DNA of 64,000 nt from Amoeboaphelidium protococcarum X5 (Eukaryota > Fungi > Aphelidiomycota). Each line of letters starts with the position of its first letter. Positions within the stretch are counted from its first letter, which is position 1. The stretch is from the NCBI GenBank assembly GCA_023515725.1, contig JALDTO010000179.1:71990-135989 (forward strand), written 5' to 3'. The notes under the pieces are model-generated. The model worked only from the letters and a program-made list of their open reading frames with translations. It was not told where the DNA came from and ran no database searches. The translations under genes were made by a program, and so were the position numbers. This document shows, one piece after another, positions 12,711 through 23,003 of this stretch.

Positions 12711-15700
12711 ATGACGTTAGAACACGCGGATTTATCATCACCTCAAAGCCGTGAGAATTTCGACAACCTTATGACTAACGCACCGACAGTAAACAGTAAA
12801 ACAGTAAAAAGCGAGAGCGCGAGAGGAGGAAGAATGAAACGCGCTCGTGTCGATAATACCAATGACAACGACGACACAAACGCTGAAACAATAGAACACT
12901 GTAATCTTTATCCCCCACTCACATCCGCTATTATTTATTTAGTGTAGAATAGGCTTCGGAATTCTAACAAGGCCAGCAATCTGATATAAAAAAGAACTCA
13001 TTTTTAGAATAACTACGAGACATGATGGATAAGTGGTTGAAGATTAAGCCCAAAGCTGTGACTGGTGAGGGACCACAACAACTGGGCGCTGAGAAGAAAA
13101 AGGATGGTCGCGGTGGGGCTAGACTTAATGCCGGTAGGAAGAAGAAGATTGTGGAGGAGCCAAGGTAAGCTAATTATATAATTGCATGGTTTTTAATACT
13201 GCAAATGTAGATTCAAGTTGCCAGAATATCGTGGAGGGAAACGCGCTGGTGCTGGTAGAAAGTCCGCTGCAGATTCTACTGACAATGATAGATAAGCTTC
13301 CAAAAAGATCAAAGCAGTCGTGGCTGATGATATTGTGGACAATGATGACTAAAATTAGCCTAATATTTTCATCAATGTCCCGATTGTAACCTCTGAAGCA
13401 GCTTCTGCGGACAGTAGATTGTAGGCAACGCCCACAGTTGAAACAGCTGATGCTGTAGATTAGCCCCCCTTGCTTTAACCAAATTTAGCTCCGGTGTTTG
13501 GGACTTTATCTGTTGGAACATCTAGTGATGAAAGTGCGAAGATTGATCCAGTGTCAGATCAGGGAAGAGATATTGATGATCCGTAGGACGGCTCTGACCA
13601 TATTTTTGAGGAGTTGAACTGCGGCTTCCGCTCTGACGTCTAATCTAATCAGGAAGTAGATGAACTGTCTGAAGAATTTGAGGATGATTTGGCTTAACCT
13701 AAGGCTGGCTCTGTTGTTGCAGAGTATCTTGCTTCCGTCTTTACCAGAGTTAAAGATCGCAACAGTAATGTAATGAAAGCTGTGAGAGGTGGTAGTTTTT
13801 GGATTGAACCACCTAATCCTCTTGTGGCAATAACTAAGTCTATCAATGATGGACTTTAAGTGAAGCCAAATGATTTTTACTATCCTAGAGTGTTTGTATT
13901 TGTACCTGATGTGATGTTTCCTCATCTAAAGATCCCATGTCCGAATGCTTCATGCTCATCTGCGTCAGTGGTTCCAAAAGGGTTTCCCGACTATATGCGA
14001 AGAATCGTTGACTTAGAAGATTGTTATTACATCGCTACATGCAGGTATTAATGCAAAGATTGTAATACTCATTTTGTGCCGACGTCAGCGGATGTTTTGC
14101 GCTAGTTTCCATTAGAGGTTTAGTTTGCATTCCCATGCTTATTGTCGAAGCGCTCTGGAATTGATTTGAAGATTGTAAAGATGCTTAACATCTTTATTGA
14201 TCAATCAATGGGTCCTTAAGCTGTAGCAGACTATCTAAAAGAGTTGCATTCTTTAAAGCATCAAGAACTGGAGGCTCAATATTACTCTGCGTTAAATACT
14301 TTGAAAGCTGTATATGCGTCGTAAACGAGACTCTTTGCGTCTAAGATTGACTCTTCCGCTGTTCAATTTTCAAAGTTCGCCGATCCCAATGGGTACTCTG
14401 GATTCACACCTTCTGGCAACTATTTGCTATCCGTCTTTCTGAAAGATTATTAAAGAAAGAAGTCTTACTACGATCTGGAGGTACAAAGAAGAGGTGGAAA
14501 GGTGATTTCGGTTGACCACAGCTTTAAGTGGACGAAGCACTTAATGCAAGTTAACGGGTAGTAGTTATTCGAAGGATTGCACTCAGTCATGAATGAATAT
14601 GAAGAGATTCGCCAACAATCATTGGTATAATCAGTGTCCAACGACTATCTGAGGGATCAGATGGAGAACATGTAGGAGACGTACAATAATTTGGGGCATT
14701 AACCGCCCGAACTGGTTTACACGGACAATTGCTGCAACGATAGAGCTTTCTACGAATCTGTATTTCCAAGCCTTCGTCATTCTACATAGCTGATATCTGA
14801 ATTCCCTAATCCAAAGCAAATTATTTACCTCAATGATTATTCATCTGCCTGTGCTTCTGCTTTTGAGTTATTTAATAGATGCGTATCCTCCAAAGATCAG
14901 GTGAAGATTGGTTTGGACTGTGAATGGACTATTAATAATGTTGGAAAGGCGGGTAAAGTGGACCTATTGCAATTGGCGTTTCAAGATGGCGTTGTTTACT
15001 TGTTTCATCTCACTTCTTTCAAGCAGATTCCTCCAAGTCTCAAATTACTTTTGGAATCGTAATAATGTCTCTTCATTGGTAGATCTATCGGCGGCGATGT
15101 TAAGTATTTGCTATAAGATTTTAACATCCGTGTCAGTCAAACTCTAGAGTTATCGAAATGGGCTAAAGACGTTGGACTTGTTAAAAAGGCTACGCTGAGC
15201 CTGGATGCTCTCGTTTAAATAATTCTTGGCTATTAGCTGGAAAAGTCTGCCAATGGGCCTCGATTGTCAATTTGGGCGAAATCTAAACTTACATAGGAGT
15301 AGTAAATCTATGCCGCTAAGGATGCGATGGCAAGTCTTTTAGTATATCTGCAGCATATTGATAGAGAGTTTGATATTTCTTCGTGCGTTAACTCTGATGA
15401 TTGTTGCAGTCCTATTAGTGATGGATCGGAGTTTAACGCTAGTTTGACAACAAGGGTGCTTCTAGATTCATATCATGCCATGGCGAGAATTCCGGTTAAG
15501 AAAGGTCACGCGTTTACGCCTCAGTTTTGCCGTAAATTTAGAGATGCTTTATTTATCATACATCCCTAAGATAGAGCTGCGCTAGAATAGTACGTAAAAG
15601 AGAGCGATGAGTATGAGTCGTTTGATGATTTGATGGCTGCAAGGCCGGATTGGGTTCTCGAGCGATGTCGGCGTGAAATTCCTAGTCCTATGGAGCTCCG

Positions 15701-17102
15701 CAAGCGGCTTGAAGCATTGATTGCCGAATATATAAAGGACTGCTATTGTGATCCATCTGATGGTGTCCGACTCCTTGATGAAGATTGTCTGGATGCGTTC
15801 AAGAAGCTTTTTGTTCACGTCGATAAAGGATGCTTATCCGACCCTGTTGGAATCGGATTGTATTACGAGACAGGTCAAGATAGTAATGGGCTGACAACTT
15901 ATCGATGTATTAGAGGTACTAGTGATCTAGAAGGGGGGATTCATCAGAAATTAGTGAGGAAATTTAAGACTTGGAATGCCGGCCCTGCATTTGCTGACGC
16001 AGCTCTAAGTGTAATAAGACACCGATTTAATGTAAGAGCAAGCGAGAGAAATCGTCTAGGCTTTCCTAAGTTAGGACATTATGACCACTTCCTAATAAAC
16101 CTTGTGTAAAAGTTTTCCAAGTCTATTTATGGAAGCTCAGTCCACAAGTGGTGGTCTGATTTGACAGATCTCACACTAAGTTCAGAATAGTTCGGAGTTA
16201 TCCCTTGCATTCCTCGAGATTAATATGAGAGCGTATCTGAGGAATAGATTAGGCATTACAAGCCATCTATCTAGTATTTGGCAAAGAAGACGAAGTCTGT
16301 AGTTCCTTACCTTCCTATGCTCAATTCTCAAGAGCACTAATAATTTGGAAGTCTTTTAAATTTGCACTTAAGGCAAGTTGGGAGTATCAAAAGAATATCG
16401 TTTCAGAAGATGGCGGATGAGTGGAACACCGGCTATCGCTGTGCAACTCCGGATGGTCTCACTATATTCAAGAAGATTCCTCGACATTTAGAGCTATATC
16501 TTTCTCGATACCTTGACATTGTTACACGAAGTTCTGCTCATCGCTTGGCCTCCACCTCGACAGCGTAGTTGAGCGCTTTATTGGAAAGTGACATTGGAGC
16601 TATATCACTGCACTAATTGAAGCCTGCGGAAGTCGATTAGATTCCTCATAACGCGGTTTGCGTTGATGATAGCGACAATGATAGCCTCAGCTAGACATTG
16701 GCGGAGAAGAATCTAGTGGCTAATGTCACATGCCAGCAAAGTAGCATAGTAGATTAATAGCTGGTCGTTTAGCCAGTCTCTGTCATCTCTGGATCACAAT
16801 CATTGTATCGGAATGCTGAAACCAGCAGTCGGCGCATGTAATTAGTTGCGACGAGTGTATCAGTAAGTAAAAAGTCCTCTAATCAGTCAGTATAGGTAGC
16901 ACCAAAAGAGATTTAAGTTGCGTAACCAAAATCTTTGAGTCTTAAAAATAATAAGCAATGCAAAGGTTGCGGTCTAAGAAGGTATGACAATCCTGGATGT
17001 CCCGGTGGAACCGCCCGCGGTACTTGCATCGAGAAAATCAAACGTGGAGAAGGGAAGAAGACGATCCAATCAAAAGGTCGTACGTAGTCATCCAGCTCGT
17101 GA
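12711..17102 (+). mobile_element. Dada-like DDE transposase gene (DUF6729-type Cys region) with inserted DEDDy/WRN-type 3'-5' exonuclease; 3 exons (introns 12901-12947, 13165-13210), ~1432 aa
   Basis: Two RGGxRxxAGRK motifs. CPNASC...RRIVDL...RYQCKDC Cys region. Catalytic-type motifs VISVDHSFK (D 14514), VYTDNCC (D 14724), LLDSYH (DxxH 15465) and RGTSDLEGGIH (E 15930). Exonuclease motifs IGLDCEW, GGDVKYL and YAAKDA. C-terminal CKGC...CPG...C. Confidence 0.8.
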
Positions 17103-17175
17103 TTTATCCACATCATCATCTCTATAAACGTGAATTTAGTACCGAATTTATTGATTTCTTATCAAAATACTGCAG

Positions 17176-17199
17176 TTTTTTTCAAAATTTTGAAAAAAA
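17176..17199. repeat. 24-bp perfect palindrome TTTTTTTCAAAATTTTGAAAAAAA
   Basis: Read directly. Lies about 75 bp after the transposase stop, between the two convergent mobile-element genes. Confidence 0.85.
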
Positions 17200-17289
17200 A
17201 TCAAAACCCACTGGTGCGTCTATCCTCCCGGAGCCAGAATTTCCCCATGAATCGCGATCGAGAAGGGGTATAGTTCTCTTATATATTGA

Positions 17290-17787
17290 GTGTACTTTTA
17301 ATTTGCAGCCAATAAATGATGTAGCTCATAGTTCATATCATCTTATGCCATATCTCTGAATTTTGGTGAAGCTGGATGGATTGGTGTCAGTTTCTTCGTA
17401 AGTGGAAGTTAACCCACTGCGACATTGTCCCAACTGTTAATTAAGCATAACTAAAGTCAAATTGTCTGTATCTTTGTTGTGTGATGTGAATGGTAGATTC
17501 CTGGTTCCCAGCTGGACAAGTTGCTGTACAACCAGCTAATATCCGTACAGAAGTCCTCGTCACCGCATGTATCCTGTTTATAAGATGTCTCCCGCTCTCT
17601 CTTTCAATCGATTGCACAAATCTGATGTCCATGACTTTGTAATGAAACACATTAGTTTAGAAGGATTGACTGAAGAATTTATCTGTTCCGGTTCTACTAG
17701 GAGTCAAATGAAATCATTCAAAATCCCAAGTAACTTTTGAGCGCGCTTGCCAAGCCGCATAATTTGAAATTGACCAAGCATTTGAGC
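17290..17787 (-). ncRNA. Candidate omegaRNA/guide-RNA region downstream of the Fanzor-like ORF (boundaries unknown)
   Basis: Position 3' of a TnpB/Fanzor-type ORF. Stem-loops AGTGG/CCACT (17401-17418) and AGCTGG/CCAGCT (17510-17537). Positional inference only. Confidence 0.3.
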
Positions 17788-20700
17788 TCATTCTGATTCT
17801 TGAAATCGACTTTGATTCTTGCTGCACAGATATTTTGGTCGAGGCTCATCGCATATCAGACATATAAGGACCTGTGTAAGATTTTCAGCTGCCATGATAT
17901 CTCGATGATAAAACTTGTGGCACTTTCTACAGTACTTGATTCTCATTCCAAAGCTCTCACAAACACAGCCACAACATGGCGCCTTTTAAGAAGTGAGGTG
18001 CTCATCTAAAAAGACAACAGGATAGCCTAGAGACCTCACCTTCTGTACAAAGTGGCGCTAAAATGAGAGATGAATTGTCTATTTACTATCAAATTGAGTA
18101 TTTCCAATACCAAACACCACTCGGCCGTTTGACTTCTAAAATACGCTAGCATCAACCATATTTAGAATAGCATTAGTAGCTCTATCAAACTCTGCTCTTT
18201 AGGCCTTTTTAAAGTCCCAATGTCTCTTTTGCCATATTTCAGATGAATAATATGACCTTAAATGCTAATAGATATCAATGTACCTTTCCCAATAGCATTC
18301 CATTGACTCTTCTTCTCCGCGATACATAGACCGTTCTAACTGAGTAATATCAGATGGCCTACCTTGGTGATACTTTCTAAACTTACGTCCAGGCTCATTG
18401 ACTGCAGAAGATTTCAAGGCTAATGCTCTAATAATACGCGATTTTCCATGCCCTTTAACAGCTACAACTCCAGCAGTGTATCTTTCGCCAATGTCAAGAC
18501 AGCAAATCCAGTGCTCAGAGAGTTTATCCGGCTGAAGTTTAACAGTGTCAGACACCTGCATTGTACCTTTACTCAGTCTTTTTCTCTAAGCAGCCTCTAG
18601 CAAGCCTTCACCTTAACTTTCAGCAAGACGTCTCACCTACTACTTACGCCTGATATCAATCAAGTGAACTTTTAAAACTTTACCGTTAGTTATGAAAGTG
18701 TTAGATAGTATTCTACGCGTAGTGTCACATGCTTCTGGCATATACTGACTGAGCAGCCGCAATCCCTTCTTCAATTTAATACCATAGCATTCTCGTAATG
18801 TATGACCTTTCTACTTTACCAACCCACCTTCACTATAATAACATTGCAGATCTCGAAGAAGCTCTTATTTGCGCTCTTACTCCATCTATGGATTATTATT
18901 GATTGAACTCTAAAGTAGCCTCATCATTGAATTTTCGGTAAAAGTAACATAACAATCTTGCGGTGATGACAAAGGATACCCATATTGACGGTCCTTGGGA
19001 AGCAGGTCGTTCAAAGACTAAAACTTCTAAAACACAGAAGGCATCTTGTCAATTTCCTCAATTCTTCTGCGTAACTCAGGATCATGCTCCAGCACTTGTG
19101 CAGCCAACAGTTCGACTCTGCCAATTACTTGAGAAGCAAACTCAGAATCTAACTAAATAGCAAGCTAGTCCACAATTTCCTTAATGTTTAAAGTGCTATC
19201 AAATTTTCTTTCCAAACTAATCATGATATTCATCTACTATCCAAGCAATTGCCCAAATTTGAGAACAGCGGCACCTTTTTGGCTTGCAATAGATCTCCCA
19301 TTACGTAAAAATCTAATCACGCCTTACCAAAACTTCCTACCTCCCTATCCCGGAGTGTCAGAGTAGCAAATATCATCTAATAAGGAAATTTCATCAGGAT
19401 ATTACTCCAAAATAATGCCAATAAACCATTGTACACCTAATTAAGCCATTCTTTTCAAAAGATTAATGTCTCTCACCACTGTCTGAATTGTAGCGGCCAA
19501 TTAATGTTACAACTACTACGACAAAGAACCCTTACTGAGGCATTTTCTCAACGATCCAACCTCCAGAGTAGACATAGAATGAGCACTTTTCAGCTTTGTC
19601 ATTAGCAATGTCTCTTCTGTATTATTTCTTTTCTAACCACTTGAACGCGCATCACATTTATCGCGAGTTACAGAGCTGCTAGCACGATAGTTGCCACGTC
19701 TCGCTGTCTGGGAGGACTAAACACGTCTCTTTTTACGCGGAGCTACCTCAATATTGTCATATTAACTAGTATCATCACTCTCCTCCTAGCGTTCTTCATG
19801 ACTTTCAATATCACGGATGAACTTTGGTGTCTATTTCTTTGGCTGAGGTATTTCCGATTTAGACTTGCGATTCCTTTCAACCTCCTGGAAGATATATCGC
19901 CCACCGCTTTATATTGACGTACCATTTTATCGATCATCAACATACTCCTTCTTATAAAGAGGCAGAAATCTATTGTAGCCTTTCCACCTATCTTGAAGAG
20001 ATAAATAAGACACCTCTTCACGAGACTTTCCAACATGACGGCTTTAGATTTTCCACTCTTAGTAGGCATCTATTTTTACAGATTTCAGCTAAAGGACGCT
20101 TTCATGCCACTTGGAACAAAGATTCCTTAAGGCATAAACTTCGTGGTACTGACCATGAGCAGCTGTCAATGAGCTGGCAGATATTTCGCGTCGGATCCAT
20201 TCCAATGTACCCATAGAGACGAAAACTTCATCCTCCACATGCTTGAACAGATTATCAAGCGAATTCTTTTCATAGTTCGGATCCCCCTCTAGGGACTGAA
20301 CAATGAGCCTCTCTTGATTAGAGTCGAACACACGCTAGGCCTGACAGAATATGGGACCAACTTCCATTACACTCTGATATTAACTAACGATACTCTTAAC
20401 ATCTGAATGACCGGCTTCCATCAGCTTACGAATGATTTTCAAATTGCGCCCAAAACCGAATCCTTTTACATTGTCAGAGTAATCGTTACCTGATACTACT
20501 GCGAGCGCAACCCAGGCAGAATTAGTTAGATTCAATTTATCGCAGACCACTTTCCTATCCAGCACAAAAAATTTCATTAATCCGCAGCCAAATGTTGGCT
20601 TTGCAGCTACTAAGACATCCTTATGCATGAATAGATCAGAATCAAAGCTTACTGCGACGACTGGATCTTTACACTTGGCAATGTGAACATCTGCCTCTCC

Positions 20701-21234
20701 ACACGCAACTTCAACATTATAGCCCGCTTTAATCAGCTCCTACTGTAGATTTGACGCGTCATCAGCCTTAAAATGCCAAGTAGAGCGCTCAAGCTTTCCA
20801 ATCATGCACCACTTTGCTTTACTCACTTTCTGATCAACCGGCAGATTTTCCAAACAATTACGCAGTTTCAGAATTTGTTTCAGTCTGGCATTGACGCGTT
20901 TGAGAGAAGTCTGAGATTTCTCGCAAGTCTGCTCTCCTTCAAACACCAATGTGACAATGTCTTTTATTGGCCTAGCCTCACCTTAAACCATCACCATTTA
21001 ATTAAGAGGAAGCGCTGTCTTTACGAGATGGATGCTAGCCTCGAGGGGATTCTTGCTGCGATTGTAAATCCTGCGCAGATGACGATAGAATGTACCATTG
21101 AAGTCTACCATAATCTTGAACTGTGATCCTAAAGCTGAGGTGGCCATTTAACACATTCTTTATATATCAACTGCTCTTTGATTGCTAAAGAGGTTCAGCC
21201 TTCTTAATTGACGATGAACTCCCTTTACACCCAT
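17788..21234 (-). CDS. PIN (XPG/FEN1-like 5' nuclease + H3TH) - Fanzor/TnpB-like RuvC nuclease fusion, 1148 aa, intronless
   Basis: No in-frame TGA between ATG 21234 and TGA 17788. N-terminal motifs MGVKGV, IMVDFNG, LVFEG, GEADVHIA, SFDSD and SGNDYSDNVKGFG. C-terminal motifs FITNG, CLDIGE (D914), VVFGIGN, FLDEHLTSQKAPCC (E1078) and YCRKCHKFYHRDIMAAENL (D1112). Confidence 0.85.
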
Positions 21235-21861
21235 GGTCTTCTTCGAGTTGAATATATCTTACACAGGAGTGAATAGAGGCCTGACTCAATTAAAGCGTGT
21301 TGGACGCATCGTATCAACGATGATCTGGCCAATAATGTTAAATCATCCGGTTGAAACTGGATCGTCGACGGTAATTGCGCAAGAAAGCTCATATTCATAT
21401 TATGAGTTAAGAAATAAGACTACAATAGGGCAACATTGTTGGAAGATATTTAAAGCATGCTGATGCTGATTGGTTAACGACTTAACATTATTTGCGTGTT
21501 AATTAGTGATAGTGTCAAAGGTAATTAATTCATCCATAGAATCAAAGAAACCATTTTTGTAAGACGTTCATTCGTAAAATCTTTCATCGAATAACAGATC
21601 TTTAACTGTCCCTCCAACTTGAGGAAGGTAGTCTGCCAATTCGCTGTTTCTGTGCTCCTGGTAGAAGTATTAGAAGAGTCGTGATCAGTGAAGTCTAGAC
21701 AACAATTAATGAAACTAATCATCATCAACAGTATAAATCGTTCAATTACGTCTTCATATACAATATTATGAGCAATTTACAACCCACAGATCGTGAATGA
21801 ATATTCACAGGTTCATGCTTGAATTTCTTCTTTGCGAATGTTATTGTTCTAAATGTAATTA

Positions 21862-22122
21862 TCAACTTTACAAGATGCACATTGATATCAAGGCCGAAAG
21901 CTTATAGAGACCTTTCGCCTCTGGTTCATAGACGCCGTGATTAGTTAGAGGATCAGCGTCACTCTTAGGACAAACTGAGACAACCACTTCAGTGTTTGGC
22001 TTTTCAATTGCCACAATAAGTGATTGACCCGTAATTGGATTGAATACCTTGTACTTAAATTGCTTTTGAGGCTTGGCCCAAGAAACGGTTTGCACACCAA
22101 TGATCCCGTTAAAGATTAACAT
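21862..22122 (-). CDS. Small hypothetical ORF (86 aa) upstream of the PIN-Fanzor gene
   Basis: Track ORF 21868-22122 extends through TAA to TGA 21862. No recognised family. Confidence 0.3.
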
Positions 22123-23003
22123 ATTAGATTTGATTCAAATTTCGCTTTAAATTAATTGAGAAGAAGAAAGTAATTCAGGTGAAATGACGCCTTTTATGGG
22201 TGCGTGGTAAAGCAGCAGTATTTGTTAGAGGCGTTAACGGTCGGTCAAGTTATGAAGATTGACGCGTTAACGAGTGATTGGTGACCATGAGTTTGTCGCC
22301 TCTTTTCTTTGGCGGATTTTTGGAATAGTGAATTTAGAGTAATTAAATATAATATTATCTGGAAATAGTGCTTTCCATGACTGACAAATATGTCCATTGG
22401 AACGGTGGTTCCCGTGTCTCTGCTGGTATTAATAATACGGACAGCCCACGTATCAGTATTGGCTAATGCTTCGTTAATCTCATGTGATTGGCCAATTAGC
22501 GAAGCAATTAAATCAGTTACCTTATTTGGCACTTGTTACTATTCCTGCTGATTTTAGCAATTTAACATCATATTATAGAAAGGAAAACTTAAGAAGTTTC
22601 GATGTTGCAGATTGTTTTAAGAGGCAAAAGTCCAATCTCTATTCTAGAAAGCACCACAAGACGGAGAATATATAATCGAAATGTACATTATGTGTATTTA
22701 AGACGCAAAAGTTCATTCTTGTATAGCTCTCATGCCTTCTTACTGCCATTGTAGATCTAGGATATCTGAATTGTTTGTACGCGTCAAGAAATGCCTTGCG
22801 GTTGTTTGAACTGCGGCGATAACTTGAGTCAACTGATGATAAGAAACGCTAATCCACTGACTGTTTGCGAAACAATTGTTCCGTCCCAAAGCCACATGGC
22901 CCCTTCCCACCATTATCTTTACACCAAACAGTGGCGCTTATTTGGAGTATTTTGTCTCACGACTCATTATATTTCATTCACCAGTCTGTCTCTTTTCGAT
23001 ATA

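Noticed and set aside
12555-22131. 11-bp inverted match AAATCTAATAT (12555-12565 vs 22121-22131) as TIRs of a composite element
   Set aside because: Short and extremely AT-rich, with no TSD evident; expected by chance.
17103-22990. CRISPR array or other regular repeat-spacer array near the RuvC nuclease
   Set aside because: No repeated 20-45 bp unit was seen on either side of the gene.
22791-23003. Track N-terminal extension of the P450 (and similarly 29247-29501 for syntaxin)
   Set aside because: The family-typical N-termini begin at the downstream ATGs (23004 and 29502).
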